Both the position numbers and the translations under genes were made by a program. A stretch of DNA of 64,000 bases from Bacteroides sp. CAG:545 (GTDB taxonomy: Bacteria > Bacteroidota > Bacteroidia > Bacteroidales > UBA932), in NCBI GenBank assembly GCA_000432515.1, contig HF996057.1, forward strand, positions 2,905-66,904, read 5' to 3'. The notes beneath the pieces were generated by a model. It saw only the letters and a list, made by a program, of their open reading frames with translations, made no database searches and had not been told where the DNA came from. Numbering within the stretch: position 1 is the stretch's first letter; every line of letters begins with the position of its first letter. Shown here one piece after another: positions 1 to 9,232 of the stretch.

Positions 1-763
1 ATTGTTTATTAATGTCAGTACGTTCTTTTTCCAGTTGATGGAAGAGTCTGATATTTTCGTCTTCGGAGCCTTTACCACGATCTATACGCAACTCGCAACG
101 GACAGAGTTTTTGGTTACCCAAAGCGTCCACTGTACACCGCCAATGCCAGTACCGCTGGAAATGAAACTATCCTTGGTCGGAGATGTGTTTCTGAACGCG
201 GGCATCCCTTTGTCCGCTTTAAATACATTGAGTAGCTCTGTCCAGAACTTGAAACGCATTTCATGGCGGTGTGTCTCTGCCCGGCGTATTTCACCTTTCT
301 CTCTGGCTTCCTTGGATGGCGCCGATTTGATTGTGAACAGCGGTCCTAGAGGAGAGTCCATGATGCGAATCAAGCGGAGTTCCAGCAAGTAGAAGTCGCA
401 GCCATTGTCGGTTTCATTAAGCCAATTCACTGCTTCGACGTGCTCCTGTTTGGCTTTCTCTACAATCCAGATGGCTACCTTGGCGTCAAAAGCTGTGCGG
501 TATGTGATAATCTTTCCTAAATGGTCATGATTAGAATCACCGAACTGATTTTCGATGACCACGACTGAACCGTCTTCCAATTCTGACTGTATATCCACGC
601 GGAAGTTCTCTGATGTCTGCTCCGTGGAAGGATTTACTAATTTGCGGTGGATAGTTTCTGAGACATAGTCAAGATTATCTGCCAACCAAGGCGTGAAGTC
701 TCCGGATTCAGACTTGAAGTGCTTTCGGAGGCTGATAGTTTCGATTTTACTTATAGTACTCAT
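1..763 (-). CDS. DUF4268-family protein with PD-(D/E)XK-like N-terminal region (C-terminus runs off window start)
   Basis: Minus-strand ORF starts at ATG (revcomp of 761-763) and is open to position 1. Translation MSTISKIETISLRKHFKSESGDFTPWLADNL...NFRVDIQSELEDGSVVVIENQFGDSNHDHLGKIITY...WIVEKA...NWLN...CELRIDRGKGSEDENIRLF matches, from memory, the conserved blocks of DUF4268 proteins (DFTPWLA, NFRxDI, IENQ..DHDHLG.IITY, WI.E, DWLN). Confidence 0.6.
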   Translation of the reverse strand, partial: MSTISKIETISLRKHFKSESGDFTPWLADNLDYVSETIHRKLVNPSTEQTSENFRVDIQSELEDGSVVVIENQFGDSNHDHLGKIITYRTAFDAKVAIWIVEKAKQEHVEAVNWLNETDNGCDFYLLELRLIRIMDSPLGPLFTIKSAPSKEAREKGEIRRAETHRHEMRFKFWTELLNVFKADKGMPAFRNTSPTKDSFISSGTGIGGVQWTLWVTKNSVRCELRIDRGKGSEDENIRLFHQLEKERTDINKQ

Positions 764-769
764 ATAATG

Positions 770-1288
770 TTATGCTGCAATAACGTCGTGAAGTTTTCGT
801 ATGTAGCCAACAAAGGCTGCGGTGTCGGTAGTGAAGAAAGACTGGAGATCCCATTCTGAGAATGGTTCTTCGTGATATAGGGTATCAGGAAGGATGTCGC
901 CATTGATGAACTGTACGAGATCACGTATCTCGATGCGGACCTTTTCCAGTTTTTCCAACGTAACGCTTTTCCAGAAGTCAGGATGGGCAATTTTTCCAAG
1001 GCCGCGCTTAAAGATGGAAAAATCTGGTTCAGAATAGCGGTAATAGTGTCCATTGCCATCATCCTGTACTTCCACCTCAACGCCGGCTTCCCCCGCTCGG
1101 TCGCGTATATAGGAAATATCGGCGCGGAGAGTGCGAGTCTTTATGCCGGTATGCTTATCTCCATAGAGTTCACGCAAAGCGTCATTGCACTTTTCCATGA
1201 GATCGTCAAAGTAGAATTTACGCCGAAAATTACTGAAACAATCGTCCAGTACTTTGTATCGAATCTGTGCGTGTTTGTTACTTGCCAA
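770..1288 (-). CDS. Short HTH protein homologous to the N-terminal wHTH region of Bacteroidales WYL-domain regulators (TTG start), lacking the WYL domain itself
   Basis: ORF track 770..1288 (172 aa). N-terminus MASNKHAQIRYKVLDDCFSN..DDLMEKCNDAL..G..GIKTRTLRADISYIR fits the M..NK.A.IRYK..D.C..N...DL.EK..DAL...G...SKRT...DI pattern of that family as I recall it. It ends after about 170 aa, where full-length members are about 330 aa. It lies 7 bp upstream of the DUF4268 gene on the same strand. Confidence 0.45.
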   Translation of the reverse strand: MASNKHAQIRYKVLDDCFSNFRRKFYFDDLMEKCNDALRELYGDKHTGIKTRTLRADISYIRDRAGEAGVEVEVQDDGNGHYYRYSEPDFSIFKRGLGKIAHPDFWKSVTLEKLEKVRIEIRDLVQFINGDILPDTLYHEEPFSEWDLQSFFTTDTAAFVGYIRKLHDVIAA

Positions 1289-1393
1289 GGTGCTATTGTG
1301 ATTATTATGAACAAAAATAACGATAATTCTTGAAAGAGCCTACTGGTATCATTGATTCAAGCGAATATTTCACAGATATTCCGCGAAATTTTA

Positions 1394-1401
1394 TAACTTT
1401 G
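1394..1401 (+). promoter_or_regulatory. Bacteroidetes sigma-A -7 box (TAACTTTG) upstream of the TonB-dependent receptor start
   Basis: Matches the TAnnTTTG consensus and lies about 34 bp upstream of the ATG at 1435. Confidence 0.5.
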
Positions 1402-1434
1402 GCGCGTCATAACTGTAAAACTATAGATTTTTTT

Positions 1435-3527
1435 ATGAAACGAACACGGATTTGCCGTTTCTTGGCAGTCCTGACGATGATTTCGTCAAACCATTTTTCT
1501 GCGTTTTCAGCAGGAGGCAGTCCTGACGATGATTTCGTCAAACCATTTTTCTGCGTTGTCAGCAGGAATTTCAGACTCATTCAAAAAGAACATTGTACTG
1601 GATTCAGTATCGGTCACGGGGGCAAGAGTGCCTATGGCATTGGGCAAGAGCACACGAATCGTGACATTGCTGGACAGCACGGCGGTGGCGTCCCTGCCGG
1701 TGGTAAGTGTCAATGACGTGCTCAAATATGTGGCAGGCATCGACGTGCGGCAGCGAGGCGACATGGGCGCGCAGACGGATATTTCCATGCGCGGCGGTAC
1801 GAGCGACCAGGTGGCCGTCTTCCTTAACGGCATCAATATCTGCGACCCGCAGACAGGCCACAATGCAGTAGATTTCCCTTTTGATGTCAATGACATTGAC
1901 CATATCGAGGTCCTTTCCGGGCCGGCAGGCGTGGCTTACGGTTCGTCTTCCCTTGTCGGGGCCATCAACATTGTCACGAAAAAGCCTGTGGGAAAGGAAG
2001 TTGCGGCGCATGTCGAAGGCGGCTCCTATGGCTATTTCAATGGCGGAGCACGTCTGGGCATCGTTACGGGAAAAGTCACAAACCAGATTTCGGCAAGTTA
2101 TCTGCGCTCAGACGGTTTTAGCCGCAATGCTGACGGTGGGCTGAATACCGACTATGAGACGGTCAAGGCTTATTATCAGGGCGGTTTCACTTCTGCAAAG
2201 GCGGATGTGGACTGGTTTACCGGCATAAGTCTGCGCGATTTCGGCTCCAATACATTCTACAGCGCCAAGTTCGACAACCAGTTCGAGCATACGTTCAAGT
2301 CTTTTGTGGCTGTCAAGGCCCAGACAAAGGGTTTTGTGAAACTCAGGCCTGAATTCTACTGGAACCGTGGTCAGGACAGGTTCGAACTTGTACGCGGCGA
2401 TGAATCCAAAGTTCCGTTCAACTATCACCGTACCAGTGTTTTAGGTGGTGGTTTGACGGCCTGGATAGAGACCGTGGCAGGCAAGACCGCGCTCGGTGCC
2501 GATGTCCGAGATGAAGACATTATCAGTACCAATCTTGGTGAGGACCTCGAATCTGTCAAGAAAGTAGGGAAGGCCGAGTACAAGAAAGGGCTCAGGCGCA
2601 CGAATTACAGTATCTATCTCGAACACAGTTACGAATACCTCAATCTGGCTGCTACAGCCGGTGTCGCGGCGGGGGAGGATACCCGAAAATACGAGCCCTT
2701 CTACTCCCATGGCGGTGAAGAATACCGGAAATGACGAGCCTTTCAAGTTCTATCCGGGAGTGAATCTGAGTTACCGCTTTTTGGGCGACTGGAAGGTGTA
2801 TGCATCGTATAACTCTTCATTGAGAATGCCTACTTTTACGGAACTGTATTATTCCGTGGGCGGACATCAGGCCGACAAGAATCTGAAGGCAGAGAAAATG
2901 CAGTCTGTGGAAGGCGGTCTGAAATTCTCGAGGCCGTGGCTAAATGCCGTTCTGACAGTGTATTACAATATGGGACGCAATATGATTGACTGGACCAAGG
3001 ACTTGTCGGAAGGGACCAATGCAGAGTGGCGTTCTGGCAATTATACCAGGGTCAATGCCTTCGGTCAGGAACTTTCCGCAAGGGTGGATTTCCCGGCCTT
3101 GCTTGTCCGTGATGATTTCTTCCTGAGAAATCTGGATGTCGCGTTCAGCCACATTGACCAGGACAAGAAACTTGGAGCGGATGTGCAGTCAAAATATGCA
3201 TTGGAATACCTTAAATATAAGGTGGTGGTGAAGGCCGGTTTCCATATCTGGAAGGGCTTGTGCGCAGATGCTTCGTGGAGATGGCAGGACCGGGAAGGCA
3301 ATTATGAACTCTTCGAGAACAAGGTCTCCAAGGGAATGGTGCCGTATCGTCCATATTCATTGGTCGATGCTCGTGTGTCATGGAGCGAGGTGCGTCGCGG
3401 AATTTCCTATAATATATATGCTGAGGTGAACAATGTGCTGAACCACAAGTATTTCGACTATGGCAATGTGCCTCAGCCGGGTATAATTGCCAAGGCTGGA
3501 CTTGTAGTGGGCTTCGGCCGCAGATAA
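1435..3527 (+). pseudogene. TonB-dependent outer-membrane receptor (plug plus beta-barrel), disrupted by a 52-bp tandem duplication near the 5' end and a second +1 frameshift near 2680-2735
   Basis: Three consecutive frames carry one protein: 1435 (MKRTRICRFLAVLTMISSNHFSA..), 1529..2734 (TonB box DSVSVTGA, plug motifs DISMRGG, IEVLSGPAGVAYGSS) and 2661..3527 (beta-barrel strands ending ..GLVVGFGRR). Removing one copy of the duplication restores MKRTRICRFLAVLTMISSNHFSALSAGISDSF.. in frame. Confidence 0.7.
1464..1567 (+). repeat. Perfect-but-one-mismatch 52-bp tandem duplication (2 copies) inside the TBDR signal-peptide coding region
   Basis: ggcagtcctgacgatgatttcgtcaaaccatttttctgcgtt(t/g)tcagcagga occurs at about 1464-1515 and again at about 1516-1567. 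Because 52 is not a multiple of 3, the duplication shifts the frame. Confidence 0.9.
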
Positions 3528-4288
3528 TGAACGAAATGGAACTGACTATTCCTACTCCGCGGGGAGATATCTTCGCCATATATACAGAGGGATACGCTTC
3601 TGAATCAATGTGCCCTGATGACGACTCCGGGCGTGGACCGTTGGTGATACTGTGCCACGGACTGATGATGAACTGCAGGCAGAATCCGATTATGGGTTTT
3701 GCCTCCAGTCTCAACAAGGCCGGATATGATACGTTGCGTTTCGATTTTCGTGGAAGCGGACTCAGCAGCGGCGATATCACTGAAATGACTCCGCTTACGG
3801 AAGTGGATGACTTGAAGGATGTTGTCGCACACTACAAGGACAGACGTATCGTGCTCTGCGGCCATTCGTTGGGCGGTCTGGTTTCATTGATGACGGCTGC
3901 CGAGAACCAGTCAATTTCAGCATTGGTCCTGTTGGCCCCGGCAGTGAACATTGAACTTGATTCCAGGGCAGGGCGTGTCGCCATCGAGACTTTCGATCCT
4001 GTCAATATCCCGGAATTTGTGGAAGTCTGGGGTTCAAGGCTTTCGAGGTCTTACTTCACCACAGCGCAGAATTTGGGGATATTTGAAAGAATAGCTAAAT
4101 ACAAGGGGCCTGTCTGTGTCCTGATGGGCGAAAGGGACAGGATCGTGGAGCTGAATCTTTCCGAAAAACTGCAGGAGGCATTGCCGCAGGCTCAGATTCA
4201 TGTCATTCCTCATGCCGACCATCTGTTTTCCAGAGGTATCCGTCTGAAGGCTGCAGCTGTCGCTGTGGATTTCCTGCGCAATTTTTAA
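3527..4288 (+). CDS. alpha/beta-hydrolase fold protein
   Basis: 253-aa ORF with a GHSLGG nucleophile elbow (GxSxG). Its start overlaps the TBDR stop (TAATG). Confidence 0.7.
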   Translation: MNEMELTIPTPRGDIFAIYTEGYASESMCPDDDSGRGPLVILCHGLMMNCRQNPIMGFASSLNKAGYDTLRFDFRGSGLSSGDITEMTPLTEVDDLKDVVAHYKDRRIVLCGHSLGGLVSLMTAAENQSISALVLLAPAVNIELDSRAGRVAIETFDPVNIPEFVEVWGSRLSRSYFTTAQNLGIFERIAKYKGPVCVLMGERDRIVELNLSEKLQEALPQAQIHVIPHADHLFSRGIRLKAAAVAVDFLRNF

Positions 4289-4377
4289 GGGCTCATTTAT
4301 ACGTTTTAGGCGGAAAATAGTTAAATTAGCAGTTTGTCAGCGGTGTGCTGGCAAGACCTATTATTAATAATCAAGAT

Positions 4378-5745
4378 ATGGTAAGATTTGTCAAAGAGCC
4401 GGCAAGAGACATTCCGGTGAAAGATGAGGTGGATATTCTGGTTGTCGGCGGAGGCCCTTCCGGAATTATGGCAGCAAGGGCTGCAGCCGGTAAAGGGTTG
4501 AAAGTCATGCTTATAGAAAGCAGGGGATATGTAGGTGGCAATCTCACCATCGGTCTCCCGATTCTGGGGTTCCTCGGAAGGAAGGGAAATCAGGTAGTAG
4601 AAGGCCTGCCCCAGATGCTTATCGACAGATTGCGCGCGAATGGCAAGGCGTCTGAACATAAGCCTTGCAAGAATCACGTCAGTCTGACCATCATTGACCC
4701 GGAAGAGGTAAAGGATGTGGCTCTCGGAATGCTCGAGGAAGTAGGCGTGAAAATTCTGTTCTACGTTTTCTGCTCAGATGTCATCAAGGAGGGCAATGAG
4801 GTGAAAGGCGTGATCGTCGAGAGCAAGGAAGGCCGTGAAGCGATTCTTGCGAAAACCGTCATTGACTGTACCGGTGACGCAGACGTGGCTTACCGTGCAG
4901 GCGTAGAATGTCACAAAGGCGACAAGGACGGCGGAATGCAGCCTCCTACACTTATGTTCTGTATGAGAGGGGTCAATGTTCCTGAACTCCGCGATGCCAT
5001 AGTGAACCATCACGAAGAATATGATATGGACGTGATGCCGCCTGAGCAGTTCAAGGAAGGGCCGTTCATCGTGGTCGGTTTCAGAAACAAGATCAATGAA
5101 GCCCGCGAAAAGGGTTATTCGATTCCTGTAGCGAGGACCATCCTCATTACCGGACTTGCGGATGATGAGATCTGGGTCAATATGTCCAGAGTCTGCGGAG
5201 TGGACTCCACGAAACCGGAAAGCTACACCAACGGTGAAATCACTGCTCGTACGCAGAATGATGAAATCGAAAGATATCTGCGTGACTTCATACCGGGATT
5301 TGAACATGCATGGAGAGACAAGGTCGCTTCATTTATGGGAATACGCGAAAGCCGTGTGATAAAAGGCAAATATGTGTTGACGGCGGATGATATCCTTTCC
5401 TGCCGCAAATTCGAGGACTCGATAGGTGTGGCAAGTTATCCTGTGGATATCCATCACAGTCACGGAGATGACTGCACTATGATGTGGTGCCCGGACTGTT
5501 ACGACCTCCCTTATCGTATGCTCGTGCCGGAAAATGTTGAGAATCTGCTTGTTGCGGGACGTTGTGCATCGATGACGCATGAGGCTATGGCTTCAGCCCG
5601 AGTGATGTCCACCTGTATGGTGATGGGCGAGGGCGCAGGAAGAGCTGCCCGAATCGCAATCGAGGAAGGAGTGCCTGTTTCCAAGGTCAATGTGGAAGAA
5701 GTCCGGAAGGACCTGCGTGAAAGCGGAGCGTATCTCAGAGACTAA
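4378..5745 (+). CDS. FAD-dependent oxidoreductase
   Basis: ORF track 4345..5745 begins with GTG. The first ATG at 4378 gives MVRFVKEPARDIPVKDEVDILVVGGGPSGIMAARAAA, which contains a Rossmann GxGxxG FAD-binding motif. Confidence 0.65.
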   Translation: MVRFVKEPARDIPVKDEVDILVVGGGPSGIMAARAAAGKGLKVMLIESRGYVGGNLTIGLPILGFLGRKGNQVVEGLPQMLIDRLRANGKASEHKPCKNHVSLTIIDPEEVKDVALGMLEEVGVKILFYVFCSDVIKEGNEVKGVIVESKEGREAILAKTVIDCTGDADVAYRAGVECHKGDKDGGMQPPTLMFCMRGVNVPELRDAIVNHHEEYDMDVMPPEQFKEGPFIVVGFRNKINEAREKGYSIPVARTILITGLADDEIWVNMSRVCGVDSTKPESYTNGEITARTQNDEIERYLRDFIPGFEHAWRDKVASFMGIRESRVIKGKYVLTADDILSCRKFEDSIGVASYPVDIHHSHGDDCTMMWCPDCYDLPYRMLVPENVENLLVAGRCASMTHEAMASARVMSTCMVMGEGAGRAARIAIEEGVPVSKVNVEEVRKDLRESGAYLRD

Positions 5746-5780
5746 TAGGCAATCACACATCTTTAATACACTGAACCGAC

Positions 5781-6686
5781 GTGAAAACATTGAAATACAT
5801 ACTTTCAGCTGCATTGGCATTGACAATGACAGTAGCGGCGACAGCCAAGATAGTGCGTGCTCCACAGGAAAAAGGCACGCACAGGGTCTTGACCTGCAAT
5901 ATCCGAATTACCGGACTCAGCGAGGACGAAAATACTCCGGGCCAATGGGAAAACAGGAAGGAGGTCTGCAGGGACGTGATTCTTTCGCAGAAACCTGACA
6001 TCATCTGCATGCAGGAGGTGATCTATGAGTCGTATGCATATATGAAGAAGGAACTCAAGGGCTATACTTCATTCGGCTTTACCGGGCCGGAGATGGATCC
6101 GTACACTGAAGGATATCATTACATCGGCAAGAATGTGATTTTCTTCAGGACTTCGAGGTATGAAATGACCGGTTCCGGCTGCTATTGGCTTTCTGAAGAT
6201 CCGCTTATCGGTGGCAGCCTTTCATGGAACACGACTCGTGCGAGACATTGTAACTGGCTGAGACTCAGAGATAAGAAAACAGGAGAGGAGTTCCGCATAA
6301 TGGATATCCATCTGGACCACAAGACTGAGCTGGCTCGTCAGGAACAGACCAAACTGACTATTCGCGAGACCTCGCAGTATGCGGAAGATTTTCCGCAGAT
6401 CCTGTGCGGTGATTTCAATTCCGGACCGAAGAAGGCGGCAGCAGGGTTTTTGCGTGAGGCCGGATGGAAAGACGCTTATGAGACGCTCGGCATCCCTGAA
6501 CGGAATTCGTTCCATGGATTCAAGGGCGAGAATTATAAGAAACCGAAGCCGAGAATCGACTTCATCTTCATGCGCGGTGCTGTGCAGCCTTTGTATTGCA
6601 AGATGCTGACGGATACTGTCAATGGTATTCTACCGAGTGACCATTATTTCATTGTGGCGGATTTGAAGATAGGAAATAACGACTAA
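5781..6686 (+). CDS. Secreted endonuclease/exonuclease/phosphatase (EEP) family protein
   Basis: 301-aa ORF with a GTG start. It has an N-terminal signal peptide (MKTLKYILSAALALTMTVAATA) and EEP-like motifs (ICMQEV; D..H near the C-terminus, PSDHYF). Confidence 0.6.
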   Translation: MKTLKYILSAALALTMTVAATAKIVRAPQEKGTHRVLTCNIRITGLSEDENTPGQWENRKEVCRDVILSQKPDIICMQEVIYESYAYMKKELKGYTSFGFTGPEMDPYTEGYHYIGKNVIFFRTSRYEMTGSGCYWLSEDPLIGGSLSWNTTRARHCNWLRLRDKKTGEEFRIMDIHLDHKTELARQEQTKLTIRETSQYAEDFPQILCGDFNSGPKKAAAGFLREAGWKDAYETLGIPERNSFHGFKGENYKKPKPRIDFIFMRGAVQPLYCKMLTDTVNGILPSDHYFIVADLKIGNND

Positions 6687-6697
6687 ATTTTCGATAT

Positions 6698-8068
6698 ATG
6701 ACATCAGACCAGGCCGGAATCAGGCAATACATTGAGGAAAACAAGGACAGGTTCTTCGAGGAACTGTTCTCGCTTATGAGAATACCTTCGGTCAGCGCGA
6801 AGCCGGAGAACAAACAGGACATGTGGAAGTGTGCGGAGCGTTATGCCGAACTTCTCAGGGAGGCCGGTGCAGATGAGGCCGGTGTGTTCCCGACAGAGGG
6901 GAATCCTGTAGTCTTCGGGCAGAAGATCATTGACCCGACATGTAAGACGGCATTGGTTTACGGCCATTATGACGTGCAGCCGGCAGAACCGCTCGAAAAA
7001 TGGAACTCGGATCCTTTCGAGCCGGAAATCCACGACGGAGCCATCTGGGGACGCGGTGCCAATGATGACAAGGGCCAGACTTTTATGCATGTGAATGCTT
7101 TCGAGTACCTTGTAAGGAACGGACTGCTCAAGCACAATGTGAAATTCATCTTCGAAGGTGAGGAGGAAGTCGGCAGCAAGAATCTTCCGGCCTGGGTCGA
7201 AGCTAACAAGGAAAGGCTTGCCTGCGACGTGATTCTCGTTTCGGACACGACCATGTTGTCAGACAAGGTGCCTTCCATCAACTGCGGAATGCGCGGCGTG
7301 ACTTATCTTCAGGTCAATGTCAAGGGACCTGACAAGGACTTGCATTCAGGACATTACGGCGGGGCTGTGGCCAATCCGATAAATACCCTGTGTGATATGA
7401 TTTCGTCATTGATAGACAAGGACGGAAGAGTCACCATTCCGGGGTTCTATGACGATGTGGAGGAACTTTCTGCTGAGGACAGGGCTTCACTCGCACGTGC
7501 GCCGTTCGATATGGAAGAGTATAAGGAAAGCATCGGCGTCAAGGAAGTCAAGGGCGAAAAGGGCTACACTACGCTTGAGCGTACGGCGATAAGACCTTGT
7601 CTGGATGTATGCGGAATCTGGGGTGGCTACACTGGAGCAGGCAGCAAGACGGTGCTTCCGTCAGAGGCTCATGCCAAAATTTCCATGCGCATCGTGCCGA
7701 ACCAGAAGGCTGACAAGATCATTGACCTGGCTGCAAAGCATATCCTCGCGATAGCGCCTCCTTATGTCGAGGTCAGCGTCGAGAAGATGGAAGCAGGAAA
7801 CGGATTCCTGATCCCGATCACTTCTCCAGCTTACAAGGCAGCATCCCGTGCGATGACGGAAGTCTATGGTATTGAGCCTGTTCCAAGTCGTGGCGGCGGC
7901 AGTATCTGTGTGCTTGCGGACATGAGGAACATTCTCGGTGCGGACCCTCTGCTGATGGGCTTCGGTCTTGAGCGTGACACCATCCACTCTCCGAACGAGA
8001 GTTATCTGCTCCGTCAGTTCTATGCGGGAATTGAGTCTATAACCCTGTTTTACGAATATTGGAAATAA
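6698..8068 (+). CDS. M20 family dipeptidase (ArgE/DapE/PepV-like)
   Basis: 456 aa with metal-binding motifs typical of M20 (YGHYDVQP, GRGANDDKG, EGEEEVGS). Confidence 0.8.
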   Translation: MTSDQAGIRQYIEENKDRFFEELFSLMRIPSVSAKPENKQDMWKCAERYAELLREAGADEAGVFPTEGNPVVFGQKIIDPTCKTALVYGHYDVQPAEPLEKWNSDPFEPEIHDGAIWGRGANDDKGQTFMHVNAFEYLVRNGLLKHNVKFIFEGEEEVGSKNLPAWVEANKERLACDVILVSDTTMLSDKVPSINCGMRGVTYLQVNVKGPDKDLHSGHYGGAVANPINTLCDMISSLIDKDGRVTIPGFYDDVEELSAEDRASLARAPFDMEEYKESIGVKEVKGEKGYTTLERTAIRPCLDVCGIWGGYTGAGSKTVLPSEAHAKISMRIVPNQKADKIIDLAAKHILAIAPPYVEVSVEKMEAGNGFLIPITSPAYKAASRAMTEVYGIEPVPSRGGGSICVLADMRNILGADPLLMGFGLERDTIHSPNESYLLRQFYAGIESITLFYEYWK

Positions 8069-8084
8069 TCATAATAAACTAATA

Positions 8085-9221
8085 ATGAACGAATTGAATA
8101 CCATACTGGGAAATTTCGCGATTGAGGGCGAAATCAGTGAAATCAAGCCTCTCGGCAACGGACTTATCAATGACACTTACAAGGTGACCACAGCCGGCGA
8201 TGCGCCTGACTATGTGCTGCAGCGGATCAACAATGCCATCTTTCAGGATGTGGACATGCTTCAGAACAATATCGAGGCTGTAACTTCCCACATCCGCAAG
8301 AAACTTGTCGAGGCAGGGGAAAATGACATTGACCGTAAAGTGTTGAGATTTATTCCTTTGAAGGACTCGGCCAAGACTTATCTTGAGGTGGACGGAAAGT
8401 TCTGGAGAGTGTCTGTTTTCATTCCTGACGCCTACACTTACGAGACTGTAAATCCGGAGTATTCTTACTGTGCCGGCAAGGCTTTCGGAAATTTCGAGTC
8501 AATGCTTTCTGACCTCGACACCGAGCTCGGCGAGACAATTCCTGATTTTCACAATATGGAACTCCGTATGGCTCAGCTTATCGATGCCGTGGAAAATGAC
8601 TGCCGCTGCAGGATTGACGAACCGGAAGAAGGCGACGGAAGGGAGCCTATTGCTGATGACCCTGACCACAGTGACGAGGTTGTGGCAATGCTGGATGACA
8701 TCGACGAGCACAGTGAAGAGATGTGCAAAGCTGAGCGTATGTATCGCGACGGGCAGCTGCCTAAACGTATCTGCCACTGTGATACCAAGGTCAATAACAT
8801 GATGTTCGACAAGGATGGCAACGTCTTGTGTGTTATCGACTTGGATACTGTGATGCCGAGCTTTGTGTTCTCGGATTTCGGTGATTTCCTGCGCACTGCG
8901 GCCAATACCGCGCCTGAGGATGAGCCGGATACTTCCAAGATCAGTTTCAATATGGATATCTTCAAGGCGTTCGCACGTGGATATATCGAGTCCACCAAAG
9001 GCTTCTTGACTGACGTGGAGAAGGAGAATCTGCCTTATGCTGCATGTATGTTCCCGTTTATGCAGGCTGTGAGGTTCCTCGCTGACTATCTTAACGGCGA
9101 CACCTATTTCAAGACCAAGTACATCGACCATAACTTTGTCCGCGCGCGTGCCCAGATGGCTCTGTTCCACAGCGCAATGGAGCATCGTCAGGAGATGACC
9201 GACTTCATCAACAGCCTGTAG
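8085..9221 (+). CDS. APH-fold anomeric sugar kinase, N-acetylhexosamine 1-kinase (NahK)-like, with an acidic insertion
   Basis: 378 aa. Blocks align to Bifidobacterium NahK as I recall it: IEGEISEIKPLGNGLINDTYKV, HCDTKVNNMMFD, IDLDTVMPSF, FLADYLNGDTYFKTKY. An extra acidic segment (DEPEEGDGREPIADDPDHSDEVVAMLDDIDEHSEEM) precedes the catalytic loop. Confidence 0.65.
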   Translation: MNELNTILGNFAIEGEISEIKPLGNGLINDTYKVTTAGDAPDYVLQRINNAIFQDVDMLQNNIEAVTSHIRKKLVEAGENDIDRKVLRFIPLKDSAKTYLEVDGKFWRVSVFIPDAYTYETVNPEYSYCAGKAFGNFESMLSDLDTELGETIPDFHNMELRMAQLIDAVENDCRCRIDEPEEGDGREPIADDPDHSDEVVAMLDDIDEHSEEMCKAERMYRDGQLPKRICHCDTKVNNMMFDKDGNVLCVIDLDTVMPSFVFSDFGDFLRTAANTAPEDEPDTSKISFNMDIFKAFARGYIESTKGFLTDVEKENLPYAACMFPFMQAVRFLADYLNGDTYFKTKYIDHNFVRARAQMALFHSAMEHRQEMTDFINSL

Positions 9222-9232
9222 TCTGCCAAGCG

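Noticed and set aside
2-392. Plus-strand ORFs 2..235 and 111..392
   Set aside because: They lie antisense to a much better minus-strand reading frame (the DUF4268 gene) whose conserved blocks run the whole length. Their short low-complexity translations are typical shadow ORFs.
1289-1434. Possible cobalamin riboswitch upstream of the TonB-dependent receptor
   Set aside because: The leader is only about 145 bp and AT-rich. It has no B12-box-like GCCACTG core and no extensive pairing, and a -7 box sits only about 34 bp from the ATG.
1435-3527. Programmed ribosomal frameshifting in the TBDR
   Set aside because: Two independent +1 shifts occur, one caused by a 52-bp duplication and one at a G-run, with no slippery heptamer or stimulatory structure. 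Lesion or sequencing error explains these shifts more simply.
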